From the IMG/VR virus record IMGVR_UViG_3300031952_000019, positions 1 to 56,815 of that record: a stretch of 56,815 nucleotides of DNA; one strand, written 5' to 3'. This DNA is from a virus (taxonomy: Duplodnaviria; Caudoviricetes). The notes below the pieces were generated by a model that was not told where the DNA came from, did no database searches, and worked only from the letters and a program-made list of their open reading frames with translations. How positions within the stretch are numbered: the stretch's first letter is position 1; the number at the start of each line of letters is the position of its first letter. Shown piece after piece: positions 8,141-18,037 of the stretch. The position numbers and the translations under genes are program-made.

Positions 8141-8196
8141 AAAACAAAACTGAATATAATCATATAAATATGTAGGAAAGAATAAAAATAATTATT

Positions 8197-8898
8197 ATGA
8201 TTACAAGAAGAAAGAAATTTGAGACAAAGGAAGAGTTAAAGATAAGACGAATGGGCAACATAAAAAATGTTGTTAAGAAAAATATAAAAGATATGACTGA
8301 AATGACAAATGCTGGAGTTAATCCATCCGATAGGGCAAACTTAACACCACATGAGCTGAAATTTGTTTTAGAGTACATGAAAGATTATGTGGCGGCTTAC
8401 GCGGCAGAGCGAAGTGGTTATAGTGCACAAATGGGATATCTTCTTTTAAAGAAGCCAAAAGTGTTGGCGGCGATTGACAGTTACGAAAAGAACTTAGCTA
8501 CAAGATTTATTTTCTCCAAGAACAAAGTGTTGAAGGAATTATCGTTAATATCAAATTCTGACATAAGTGACTATGTGGAAATAATAGATGGGAAAACTTA
8601 TTTGAAGGACACAAAGGATTTACTACCTCAAATAAGTAGAGCAATTAAAAAAGTGAGGGGAACAAGAAAAGTAACAGCCATTAAAGACAGCAAGGGAAAT
8701 TACACCGGAGAAGATATATTAGACGACAAAATAGAAATTGAGCTTTATGATAAAATACAAGCTCTCCAGTTGATGGGGAAAGAGTTAAACATGTTTAAGG
8801 ATAAAACAGAAATTACAGGAGCAAACGGAAGTCCATTACTTCCTGTAAAATTGGTGCTAGATTTCGGTGCTGAAACGGCGATAGCAAGTGGAGAATGA
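8197..8898 (+). CDS. terS: terminase small subunit
   Basis: LTPHELKFVLEY...AAERSGYS...LLKKPKV and LYDKIQALQLMGKELNMFKD...EITGANG motifs; directly before terL. Confidence 0.92.
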   Translation: MITRRKKFETKEELKIRRMGNIKNVVKKNIKDMTEMTNAGVNPSDRANLTPHELKFVLEYMKDYVAAYAAERSGYSAQMGYLLLKKPKVLAAIDSYEKNLATRFIFSKNKVLKELSLISNSDISDYVEIIDGKTYLKDTKDLLPQISRAIKKVRGTRKVTAIKDSKGNYTGEDILDDKIEIELYDKIQALQLMGKELNMFKDKTEITGANGSPLLPVKLVLDFGAETAIASGE

Positions 8899-10093
8899 AA
8901 TAAGGATAAAATGTCCTCCGATATTTTCCCCCTTGTCAGAGGCGCACAGATACAAAAGCTTTTATGGTGGAAGAGGTGGAGCCAAAAGTTGGGCATTTGC
9001 AAGGACATTATTAGCAATAGCAGCAACAAGAAAAGTAAGAGTGTTATGTACAAGAGAGTTTCAATCATCAATAGCGGAGTCGGTGCATAAATTGTTGAGT
9101 ACGCAAATTGAAAGATTACAATTGAATCCTTATTATACGATACAGAAGAATTCAATTGTGAGCACGATGGGTAGCGAGTTTTTATTTAAGGGTTTACGAT
9201 TTAATGTGCAGGAAATAAAATCCTTGGAAGATATTGACATTGCATGGGTCGAAGAAGCGCAGAGCACTTCTGAAGAGAGTTGGAAGGTATTAATCCCAAC
9301 AATAAGGAAAAAGGACAGTGAGATATGGTTGAGTTGGAATACAGGGGAAGTGAAAGATCCAACTTACCAGAGATTTGTTGTGAAACCACCTCCGGATTGC
9401 GTGAGTGTGAAAGTGGGTTGGCAAGACAATCCCTATTTCCCAGAAGTGTTGATGAAGGAAAAAGATTATTTGAAGAGAGTGGATCCAGATGCTTATGACA
9501 ACATATGGGAAGGGAATCCATTATCAATATCCAATTCATGTATTTTTAAAGGTAAATATGTTGAAGCAGAGTTTGAAGCTCCTGAAGGTACGAGATTTTT
9601 TTATGGGGCAGACTGGGGATTCAGCAACGATCCGACGGTTTTGCTTCGCTCTTACATAGAAGATAAGAAATTATTTGTTGATCACTGTGCATATGGAGTT
9701 GGTGTTGAGCTAGATGAGTTGCCAAAGTTGTTTGAGGCAGTTCCTGAGAGCAAAGAATGGACAATAAAAGCAGATAACAGTCGGCCAGAAACGATCAGTT
9801 ATGTAAGGAAGAAACATGGATACAAGATTGAACCGGCAAAGAAGTGGAGCGGCAGCGTGGAAGATGGAGTCTCCTATCTCAAGAAATTTGAGGAAATTGT
9901 GGTTCACGCACGTTGCAAGCACGTATTGGAAGAGTTTAAGCTTTATTCTTACAAACAAGATACGAAAACTGGTGAGACACTTCCAATTATTTTAGACAAG
10001 CACAATCACTGTATGGATGCCTTGCGTTATTCTCTTGATGGATATATTACTGGTGGGAAAACAAACTGGAGTGCATTTTTAGGAGAACAATGA
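8888..10093 (+). CDS. terL: terminase large subunit (PBSX-like)
   Basis: Walker A YGGRGGAKS, Walker B AWVEEA, nuclease motifs GADWG and NHCMDALRY. Confidence 0.97.
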   Translation: MENEIRIKCPPIFSPLSEAHRYKSFYGGRGGAKSWAFARTLLAIAATRKVRVLCTREFQSSIAESVHKLLSTQIERLQLNPYYTIQKNSIVSTMGSEFLFKGLRFNVQEIKSLEDIDIAWVEEAQSTSEESWKVLIPTIRKKDSEIWLSWNTGEVKDPTYQRFVVKPPPDCVSVKVGWQDNPYFPEVLMKEKDYLKRVDPDAYDNIWEGNPLSISNSCIFKGKYVEAEFEAPEGTRFFYGADWGFSNDPTVLLRSYIEDKKLFVDHCAYGVGVELDELPKLFEAVPESKEWTIKADNSRPETISYVRKKHGYKIEPAKKWSGSVEDGVSYLKKFEEIVVHARCKHVLEEFKLYSYKQDTKTGETLPIILDKHNHCMDALRYSLDGYITGGKTNWSAFLGEQ

Positions 10094-10146
10094 TCATGAG
10101 CGAACAATATAATATAATATTATATTAATGGAGAGAAATAAATAAT

Positions 10147-10578
10147 TTGTTACTACAAGATTTAGAAATAAAGAATGGCAGAGTAATTACCAAGGATCAG
10201 AAAAGAGAAATTAACTTTCAAGGGTTGCTGATTGTGATTGAAAACGAAAAGGGATCCATCAGACAGTGGGAGCATGACGGAGAAAAAGGAGAGACAAAGA
10301 TGATCTATCCTTATGGCTTTATAAAAGGTTCTTTAGGCAAAGATGGTGAAGGTGTTGATTGTTTTGTTGGGGACGACAAATATGTTCCCAATACTTATAT
10401 GATTTACTCGACTCATACCAAAGGATTTGATACAAAAGAAGAAAAAGTGATGCTAGGGTTTGATTCAAAGGAATCAGCGAGTGAAGCTTATTTGCTTCAT
10501 TACAATGATCAAAAGTTTTTAGGTGAAGTTGTAGAATTGCCAATGTATTTATTTAAGGAAACATTAGAGTATAAATAA
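10147..10578 (+). CDS. inorganic-pyrophosphatase-like domain protein (InPase type of phage polyvalent proteins)
   Basis: IENEKGSIR...YGFIKGSLGKDGEGVDCFVG...EEKVMLGFDS...AYLLHY. Confidence 0.75.
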   Translation: MLLQDLEIKNGRVITKDQKREINFQGLLIVIENEKGSIRQWEHDGEKGETKMIYPYGFIKGSLGKDGEGVDCFVGDDKYVPNTYMIYSTHTKGFDTKEEKVMLGFDSKESASEAYLLHYNDQKFLGEVVELPMYLFKETLEYK

Positions 10579-12314
10579 TGACACTGAAACGAAGGCAAAG
10601 ATTGACTACAGATAAGAATTTTGTGATGGACAAGAAGGTAAAAGATTCCTTTACCAATTTCAATTCTAAACTGGGATTGGGCACCGACAACCAATTATCT
10701 GGAAGTTATTATTCATTGAACAACATGATCAGCCGCAACCACGTGGAGTTGGAAGCCTGTTACCGTTCGTCATGGCTGGTTGGGGCTACTGTGGATTATA
10801 TAGCAGAAGATATGACTAAGTGCGGAGTCACTTTCCAAACAGAAATGGAACCGGATGATGTACAGAAGATGCAGGTAAGCATTAGCCAGCATGCAATATG
10901 GGAATGTTTTTGTGACACAATCAAATGGGCAAGGCTTTATGGTGGCGCAATAGCTGTTATCCTCATAGATGGCGCAAAATATGACACCCCGCTAGAAATA
11001 GAAAAAGTTGGTGAAGATAAATTTCAAGGTCTTTTAGTTTTGGACAGATGGATGATTCAACCTTCTTTTGATCTTTTGATTAAAGAGATGGGAAAAGATT
11101 TGGGCATGCCAGAATTTTATCAAGTCATTCCGGCAGCAACAGGAATCCCTTTATTGAAGGTTCATCATTCAAGAGTATTGCGATTTGATGGAATTAAGCT
11201 CCCCTATTACCAGAAGGTGGCAGAGAATTTGTGGGGGTTGTCTGTTGTAGAAAGAATGCTGGATAGATTGATGGCATATGATTCAGCCTCATTAGGAGCC
11301 GCTCAGTTAATTTATAAAGCATATCTAAGAGTAATACAGGTAGAAGGATTCAGAGACGCTTTATCCACTGGTGGTAAGGAGGAGCAAGCTGTTATTAAAC
11401 AGTTTCAATACATGCGACAGATGCAATCAATAGAAGGAATAACTTTATTAGATGCTAAGGATACATTTGCTACACATGTTTATAATTTTAGTGGAGTATC
11501 TGATTTATTAATGCAATTCGGTCAGCAAATAAGTGGTGCAACGGAAATTCCATTGGTGAGGTTATTTGGTCAGAGTCCTGCTGGGTTGAGCAGTACTGGA
11601 GAAGCTGATCTAAGAAATTATTATGATGCAATAAATAAGAAGCAAGAAAATCAATTGCGACCTAAACTTGATAAATTGTTCAAAATTATTTCCATGTCGA
11701 CACTAGGAAAATCATTGCCTGAAGATTTCGAGTTCACATTTAATCCTTTATGGCAGATGAATGATTCTGAAAAATCAAATATTACAACTACTGATGCTGC
11801 TTCCATAGGGAATGTATTTGGTGCTGGCTTAATCAGTAAAGAAGTCGCGCTGAAAGAGTTGTTGCAACAAAGCAGATTAACTGGAAGGTTTACCAACATT
11901 ACTGAAAAAGACATCACCAAAGCTAAGGAAGAGGACGAGAACAAGGTTCCTTTAAGTATGTCTGAAGAAAAACCATTGGAAGAGAAAGCCCCTGAATTGC
12001 AGGAAGAGCAACAAGAGCCAGAAGAAATACCTAAAGAAGAATCATTATCTGAAGAAATGAAGACTCCAGAGATGGAGAAGAACAATACTAAAGATAGAAT
12101 TTCTTTTAGGGATATTAAAGACAAATGGTTGGCGGCAAAGAAAATTGTCAGGAATAATTTGTTTAAAGATGCTGAAGGGAAATCGAATACAGAAATGAAA
12201 CGTTTGTTATTGATAACAAATAAAGAACGTGGTGTAAAAGAAGGCGAAAGCGATTACGAATTTCATAAAGAAATATTGCTATCTTCATTGCCGAATAAAA
12301 CTGATGACAAATAA
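10578..12314 (+). CDS. portal protein (DUF1073 family)
   Basis: YRSSWL...AEDMT, WARLYGGA, IPLVRLFGQSPAGL, NYYD, FNPLWQ; acidic C-terminal extension. Confidence 0.92.
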   Translation: MTLKRRQRLTTDKNFVMDKKVKDSFTNFNSKLGLGTDNQLSGSYYSLNNMISRNHVELEACYRSSWLVGATVDYIAEDMTKCGVTFQTEMEPDDVQKMQVSISQHAIWECFCDTIKWARLYGGAIAVILIDGAKYDTPLEIEKVGEDKFQGLLVLDRWMIQPSFDLLIKEMGKDLGMPEFYQVIPAATGIPLLKVHHSRVLRFDGIKLPYYQKVAENLWGLSVVERMLDRLMAYDSASLGAAQLIYKAYLRVIQVEGFRDALSTGGKEEQAVIKQFQYMRQMQSIEGITLLDAKDTFATHVYNFSGVSDLLMQFGQQISGATEIPLVRLFGQSPAGLSSTGEADLRNYYDAINKKQENQLRPKLDKLFKIISMSTLGKSLPEDFEFTFNPLWQMNDSEKSNITTTDAASIGNVFGAGLISKEVALKELLQQSRLTGRFTNITEKDITKAKEEDENKVPLSMSEEKPLEEKAPELQEEQQEPEEIPKEESLSEEMKTPEMEKNNTKDRISFRDIKDKWLAAKKIVRNNLFKDAEGKSNTEMKRLLLITNKERGVKEGESDYEFHKEILLSSLPNKTDDK

Positions 12315-12331
12315 ATATGGCGTAACAATTA

Positions 12332-13213
12332 ATGAAGGTGGGGCATTCAGAGAATAAAATGAAAAAAGATAACATACTTACATTTGATAAATTAACTTCT
12401 GTGGAACAGAGATATGAAACTGATTTATATCAAGTGTCCACTGAAGTGAATAAGCTTATTAATGCTTACGATCCTAATGAGCTTGATCAAATGGAAGAGT
12501 TAATAGATAAGCTCTTTGATTATTCAGAAAAGATAACAGATTGGGCAACTAACACAGCTAATAAGATTGTTGATCAATTGGACAAGAACAGTAAGCAGGA
12601 ATGGGAAAAGCACAGTAAGAGAATGTCGTTTGCAATGAAACAGGAATTAACGAAAGCAGATACTGGAATTGCTTTAAAGAAGTTCATGGATGATAATGTT
12701 TATTTGATTAAATCACTTCCAAGTGAAGCTGCAAAGAGGATTCATCAAATCATTTACAAGAACCTTTACACTGGTGAATTGAGAGCGGCTGGATTGACAA
12801 AAGAGATAATGAAGACAAAGGATATTACAAAGAATAGAGCAGCCACTATTGCTAGAACTGAAATTAGTAGAGCAGCAACAGGATTAACAAAAGCAAGAAG
12901 CGAAGCTATAAATATTTATTGGTTCATCTGGCGCAGCACGAAGGACATTAGGACAAGAAAGGCACATAAATTATTGAACGGAGTACTCGTCAACTATAGC
13001 GATCCTCCTTCTCCCGAAAGTTTGATTGGAGAAAAGTCTTACGGATATTATCTGCCGGGAGCAATCTTCAATTGCCGTTGTTACGCGGCACCTTTGATCA
13101 GGATCGACGATATTTCGTGGCCTGCTAAAGTGTATCGCAACGACAAAATAGAACGAATGGCCAGAAACAAGTTTGTTGAATTAACCGAAGGCCAATATAG
13201 ATTGGCTGCATAA
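12332..13213 (+). CDS. MuF / SPP1 gp7-like minor head protein
   Basis: RAATIARTE, WRSTKDIRTRKAH, PGAIFNCRC. Confidence 0.92.
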   Translation: MKVGHSENKMKKDNILTFDKLTSVEQRYETDLYQVSTEVNKLINAYDPNELDQMEELIDKLFDYSEKITDWATNTANKIVDQLDKNSKQEWEKHSKRMSFAMKQELTKADTGIALKKFMDDNVYLIKSLPSEAAKRIHQIIYKNLYTGELRAAGLTKEIMKTKDITKNRAATIARTEISRAATGLTKARSEAINIYWFIWRSTKDIRTRKAHKLLNGVLVNYSDPPSPESLIGEKSYGYYLPGAIFNCRCYAAPLIRIDDISWPAKVYRNDKIERMARNKFVELTEGQYRLAA

Positions 13214-13259
13214 ATAGGGTCAGAAAAAACTTTGCATAAGTTTAGTGGAGGAAATAAAA

Positions 13260-14153
13260 ATGTTATTGAGCGAAAAATATGAAGTACGGAATGGAAGAAT
13301 AGTCGTCAAGGATTTTAAAACAAGATATATAGGTTATGCTACCGATGGCTACGATGCAGAGATAAAAAAGATGCTAATGGGCGACGAAGAGAACATATCT
13401 TACGAAGAGTTGATGAAGGCTTACCGAGAAACTGGTAATGAGCATTTTCTGGAACGAGCAAAGAAGTTGAAGGCTGAAGGGAAAGATTCTAAAGATGAAG
13501 AAGATTTTTACACCAAAGACCCATTGAAAGAAGGATCAAGCAAAGAAATCATTGTTGAAAACATCGCCGAGATGGTCAAGTCCGGCCATCCACAAGAGCA
13601 AGCGGTTGCTGCTGCTTATATTAAAGCTGGGAAGAGTAAAGACTCAAAGACAAGGGATGCCGAATTTTATTACAGAAAATATATAATTAATACAGGCAAA
13701 GATAAAAACGGCTGGTATGCAGAAGCAACAAATGGAGAAAGGACTATCAGCGACAGAGGCGAGATAGAGCCAGAAGTGATTGATAGGATTAAAAAGAGAA
13801 TTGATTCTTCTACCAAAGACTCCAAGACCAAAGATCAAATCAAGCTTTATAAAGATAGAGCAGCAAAAGCAAGATCAATGGGTTATGATGCAGAACCTTA
13901 CTTAAGAGCAGCAAGAAAACTGGAAAAGGACACTGACATTATAATTAATGTGAATGCCGAAGGAGAGAAAGCAGCAGTTTCTCAAATTGAAGAGAATGTA
14001 ATTTATTCTAATAACATTGAGTATAAAGGTTACACGATGAAGCAAGTGGTGGAGACTGGAGAGATTGATATCTTTTCTCCTGGTGGTGTTAAGATAAAGC
14101 ACGCAGGAAGTTATGAATTAGGAAAAACTTTTATTGATAACTTAGGACAGTAG
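13260..14153 (+). CDS. multi-module head-associated protein (putative internal polyprotein)
   Basis: GGAGG RBS before ATG 13260; PLKEGSS...[21 protein letters not shown] module; KD-rich linkers. Confidence 0.6.
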   Translation: MLLSEKYEVRNGRIVVKDFKTRYIGYATDGYDAEIKKMLMGDEENISYEELMKAYRETGNEHFLERAKKLKAEGKDSKDEEDFYTKDPLKEGSSKEIIVENIAEMVKSGHPQEQAVAAAYIKAGKSKDSKTRDAEFYYRKYIINTGKDKNGWYAEATNGERTISDRGEIEPEVIDRIKKRIDSSTKDSKTKDQIKLYKDRAAKARSMGYDAEPYLRAARKLEKDTDIIINVNAEGEKAAVSQIEENVIYSNNIEYKGYTMKQVVETGEIDIFSPGGVKIKHAGSYELGKTFIDNLGQ

Positions 14154-14154
14154 A

Positions 14155-14517
14155 ATGGCTATTGAAGTCACAACAGTATTGCCGGCCAATGAAGCAAGGG
14201 CGACTATTTATCGGGGAAAGAACTTTACCGAAGTAAAGTTTCTGAGGCCAGACGGGTCTGTCATTTCTGGAATGCCAGTAGTTGTAACTGGTATGATTCC
14301 AATGCCTACTTTCGTTAAATATTCTCTTAGATCGGATAGCACATCTCAAGATGGGTATATTTACATTGGAGAGGCTTCGATAGGGGAATCAGAAACTGCG
14401 GCTGTTTGGAGAATACAAAGAGTGGTACTTTTGCCAATACTTACTGTAACATGGGCATTGGGAAATTCTGATTTTTCCAATAAGTGGAGTGATAGATTGA
14501 TTTTAAGTTATTTGTAG
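14155..14517 (+). CDS. virion structural protein, putative
   Basis: YIGEA...AAVWRIQRV...WALG...F..KWSDR...Y motif; located in the head block. Confidence 0.6.
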   Translation: MAIEVTTVLPANEARATIYRGKNFTEVKFLRPDGSVISGMPVVVTGMIPMPTFVKYSLRSDSTSQDGYIYIGEASIGESETAAVWRIQRVVLLPILTVTWALGNSDFSNKWSDRLILSYL

Positions 14518-14532
14518 TAATGGAGTAAGGCA

Positions 14533-16515
14533 ATGCCAGTAAGACAAGCTGTATGGACATCTGAAATGCAGTTTAAATATGGAACCACCAATTTTGACAA
14601 TACTGAAGTTATTGGTGGTAACGATGCTGCATACTTGGCATTGATTAGGAAAAGTAATATTGCTGACAATGTACCATTTGACATTGAAACTGATTATTCA
14701 TACGATCCTACTAAGATTGAAGTTGCAGATGGTTCTGCTAGATTGTTTAGGTCGGTAGCAGAACAAGTTTCTTTTCTTTTTAATACACCATCAGACTATA
14801 CTTATGATGCCGCAAAGATAGAAGTTGCTGGAGGAATGGCTCAATTAAAAAATCCTTCAATATTGCTTCAGCCATATGCATGGTGGCATTTGAATGAAAC
14901 TTCGGGAACTTCAGCTGAAGATTCTTCTGGTTATGGAAGAACAGGATCGTTGATTAACACTCCTTTGTGGGTAGCCGCGAAAATAAATAATGGGTTGTTG
15001 CTTAATGGAACTACTCAATATGTAGATTGTGGAAGTATTTTTAGCAAAGAAAGGTCAGAACCTTTTAGCATTGAAGCGTGGATGAACACAACTAATTTAA
15101 CAGGGATAAAACATGTTGTATCTAAGTATGCTACCAATAAAGGTTTTGGGATGTTTTTTGATGCTGGTAGATATTTCTTTTACATTGCTTCCGATGGAAC
15201 TTACAGAGCAGGAAGAAGAACCAATACCACTTATGGTGATGGTTTATGGCACCACTGTATAATGACATATGATGGAAGTTCCACAGTAGCAGGAATGAAA
15301 ATTTATGTTGATGGGGCAATTCCAGCAACAACGATAACCCAAGATACACTTACTTCGGGAACAATAGTAAATGCATCTACTTTAAAGATGGCTCTCGGTG
15401 CAGGAGCTTATTTGGCGTGTACTTTGGATGAAGTAGTAATTTATGAAAAAGAATTGACGGCTGCCGAGGTGGCATATAGATATAATGTGGGGGCAGGAAT
15501 TGAAACAATGCCCGGAACGTATCCGATAGATAATCCTGCAATTTATAATAACACGGGGTATGTGGCTTCATTACCGATGACAGTTTTTACTGAAACAGCT
15601 ACAAAGCCTGCGGGAACTGAAATAAAATATCATGTATCTTCTAACAATGGAGAAGAATGGAAGTATTGGACAGGCACAGTATGGGATGATTCCGATGGGA
15701 CATATACCCAAGCCAATTCAGCAAGCGTTATAAGTACTAATATTGGAACTATTGCTAGTTCAGGAACATTTAAGTTTAAAGCTTTACTTCATTCCGATAC
15801 TGGGCTTGCTCGACCATTATTAGATACAATTTATATGTCTTCTGGGTTAACATATCCAGTAGGTTCATTTGAAATTGCTATGGTTTATGATATAATCCCC
15901 ACGCAAGTATTTCAATGGCTAACTTTTGTTGAGACAGCTACAAAACCTGTAAATACAACTTTATATTACAAGCATAGTGAGGATTCTGGAAGTACATGGA
16001 GTGTTAATTGGCAAACTGCTATAAATACCCAAATAGAAATTTTAGAAATAACAAGTCCCGAAAAAATAAGGTTTAAAGCCCAATTAACAACAATAGTTAC
16101 AACAGCAACTCCGTTGCTTTCTAATTTGTTAATAACTTGTGAAGCTGGTTATGAAAATAGCGGGTTCTATGAGTCACATCCTTACCAACCTGCTAGTACA
16201 TACTATATGGGAGTGTACTTGTATAAGGTTACTTTTGAATTAGTTTTACCAGTTGGAACAACTGCTGTAGTAGTAATTAGAGGAATTAATCACGAGCTAG
16301 AAGAAAGTTATATAGAGTATGCTAGTGGGGAAAATATAAATTATAGTGGAAATATAATTCAGTGGAGAGTGCTATTTACATCTACTGGGGAAAACACCCC
16401 AAGATTAAATATGTTGGAAATCGATTATGATACGATTGTAGGTATAATGCAATCTGTAAATGTAGCTACAGAAGCTTTGTTAAAAAATCCTTTGTTAACG
16501 TTACAGTTGAATTAG
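14533..16515 (+). CDS. LamG / concanavalin-A-like domain virion protein (head fibre or decoration)
   Basis: AWWHLNE.SGT.AEDSSG, FSIEAWM, DGLWHHCIMTYDG, IYVDG, LDEVVIYEKELTAAEV. Confidence 0.8.
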   Translation: MPVRQAVWTSEMQFKYGTTNFDNTEVIGGNDAAYLALIRKSNIADNVPFDIETDYSYDPTKIEVADGSARLFRSVAEQVSFLFNTPSDYTYDAAKIEVAGGMAQLKNPSILLQPYAWWHLNETSGTSAEDSSGYGRTGSLINTPLWVAAKINNGLLLNGTTQYVDCGSIFSKERSEPFSIEAWMNTTNLTGIKHVVSKYATNKGFGMFFDAGRYFFYIASDGTYRAGRRTNTTYGDGLWHHCIMTYDGSSTVAGMKIYVDGAIPATTITQDTLTSGTIVNASTLKMALGAGAYLACTLDEVVIYEKELTAAEVAYRYNVGAGIETMPGTYPIDNPAIYNNTGYVASLPMTVFTETATKPAGTEIKYHVSSNNGEEWKYWTGTVWDDSDGTYTQANSASVISTNIGTIASSGTFKFKALLHSDTGLARPLLDTIYMSSGLTYPVGSFEIAMVYDIIPTQVFQWLTFVETATKPVNTTLYYKHSEDSGSTWSVNWQTAINTQIEILEITSPEKIRFKAQLTTIVTTATPLLSNLLITCEAGYENSGFYESHPYQPASTYYMGVYLYKVTFELVLPVGTTAVVVIRGINHELEESYIEYASGENINYSGNIIQWRVLFTSTGENTPRLNMLEIDYDTIVGIMQSVNVATEALLKNPLLTLQLN

Positions 16516-16528
16516 AAGGAAATTAAAA

Positions 16529-18019
16529 ATGGTTATTGATAAGAGACAGTTTTACACTATAGAGACGCTAAGTGAGCATATGGCCGAAAGTCCTGAAGGG
16601 TTTTTATATTGCTATGACGTTCCTATTGCTAGAACTGGGGATCAGATTTACAAAGCCGATGAAGTTCCCGTAGAACCTAATAATCAAGGGCTGGTCACGA
16701 TCAAGAGAGATGAAACAGAAGTGTTTAATGAAAACACAATTAAGTCTTTTGAGGGAAAACCAGTAACTATTGACCATCCAGATACAATGGTCACTTCTGA
16801 AAATTGGAAAGATTTGGCTCATGGATTTGTTCAAAATATAAGAAGAGGGATAAGGGAACAAGCCGATTTATTACTTGGCGATATTGTTATTACTACTAAA
16901 CAAGCAATTGAATTAGTAAAGAATGGTTTGAGACAAGTGAGTTGTGGTTATGACGCAGAGTATGAGCAGATTGAGAAAGGTTTAGGAAAACAAGTAGACA
17001 TTATTGGAAATCACATAGCTTTGGTCATGCGGGGAAGAGCAGGTGTGCGGTGTGTAATAGGGGATAAAGAATGTTCTAATTGCGGCAAATGTAAAATAAT
17101 TATACAGGAGGATAAAATGGGAATTAAGAAGAGGTTTAAGGATGCTCTTATGAAAGCTCTCGATGCTATTCCTGACGACGAGACTGATGAAGAGAAAAAG
17201 AAAGTTGCCGAAGCAAAAGATGCCGAAGCTGCAAAAGTGGAGGAATTGAAAGCTCTCGACAAAAAATCAAAAGATCAGGAAGAGGGAATGTCTGAAGAAG
17301 GGAAAGAAAAGGAAAAAGTAAAAGATGAAGAGACTGCAAAGGTAGAAGAGCTCAAAGCCCTAGACAGAAAAGCAAAAGATATTGAAGCTGCCGAAGCTGC
17401 TAAAGCAGTTGATCAGGAAGAAGGCGAAGAGTGTAATTGTATGGAAGAACTCACTTCTAAAATAGCAGCTCTTGAAGCAACTATTGCTACTATGCAGAAA
17501 GCTCTTGAAGCCTTGGTAGCCTCTGATAAAGAAGTTCATTCGAGTCTTGATGAAGAAGGCGCAAGGATTGAAGAAGATCTTAAAAAAGACCTCCAGGCGG
17601 GGGTACAAGATTCTGGAACAAAAGACGCTTGGGAATGCCAAACAGTCGATGAGAAGAAAGCAGCAAAGGATTGCGATTCTGTTTGGGCAGATGTTGCTTA
17701 TAGAGCCGAGTTGCTTTGTCCTGGTATTAAGTTGAGAAAGCCCACGAAGGATCATGTTAAGAGTTTGTCTGCAATTAAAGTGATTGCATTAAAGTCGGCT
17801 TTTACTTCTGACAAGGATATTGAATCTTTTGCTAAAGGAAAAGACATTGATAAGTTTTCGAAAGATGTTTTAGATATGGCCTTTGTTGGTGCTTCTGAAG
17901 TAATAAGAGTAAAGAACAACAAATCCGTAAGGGATTCAATCTTTGTTAAAACAAGCGGTGCGGTGTCTGATGTTCAGGCAATTAATAAAATGAATAAAGA
18001 GCGTTATGGGAAAAAATAA
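16529..18019 (+). CDS. DUF2213 head maturation protease/scaffold
   Basis: PEGFL.C.DVPIARTG, SFEGKPVTIDHP, VSCGYDA, NHIALV..GRAG. Confidence 0.88.
   Translation: MVIDKRQFYTIETLSEHMAESPEGFLYCYDVPIARTGDQIYKADEVPVEPNNQGLVTIKRDETEVFNENTIKSFEGKPVTIDHPDTMVTSENWKDLAHGFVQNIRRGIREQADLLLGDIVITTKQAIELVKNGLRQVSCGYDAEYEQIEKGLGKQVDIIGNHIALVMRGRAGVRCVIGDKECSNCGKCKIIIQEDKMGIKKRFKDALMKALDAIPDDETDEEKKKVAEAKDAEAAKVEELKALDKKSKDQEEGMSEEGKEKEKVKDEETAKVEELKALDRKAKDIEAAEAAKAVDQEEGEECNCMEELTSKIAALEATIATMQKALEALVASDKEVHSSLDEEGARIEEDLKKDLQAGVQDSGTKDAWECQTVDEKKAAKDCDSVWADVAYRAELLCPGIKLRKPTKDHVKSLSAIKVIALKSAFTSDKDIESFAKGKDIDKFSKDVLDMAFVGASEVIRVKNNKSVRDSIFVKTSGAVSDVQAINKMNKERYGKK
17117..18019 (+). CDS. putative nested scaffold protein (internal in-frame start)
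   Basis: AGGAGG-5 nt-ATG at 17117, in frame, immediately after the protease domain. Confidence 0.5.
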   Translation: MGIKKRFKDALMKALDAIPDDETDEEKKKVAEAKDAEAAKVEELKALDKKSKDQEEGMSEEGKEKEKVKDEETAKVEELKALDRKAKDIEAAEAAKAVDQEEGEECNCMEELTSKIAALEATIATMQKALEALVASDKEVHSSLDEEGARIEEDLKKDLQAGVQDSGTKDAWECQTVDEKKAAKDCDSVWADVAYRAELLCPGIKLRKPTKDHVKSLSAIKVIALKSAFTSDKDIESFAKGKDIDKFSKDVLDMAFVGASEVIRVKNNKSVRDSIFVKTSGAVSDVQAINKMNKERYGKK

Positions 18020-18037
18020 CAAATAATAGAGGAGGAT

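Noticed and set aside
10110-10127. 18-bp perfect palindrome TAATATAATATTATATTA between terL and the InPase gene
   Set aside because: Entirely A/T and low complexity; cannot be distinguished from chance, although it contains TATAAT
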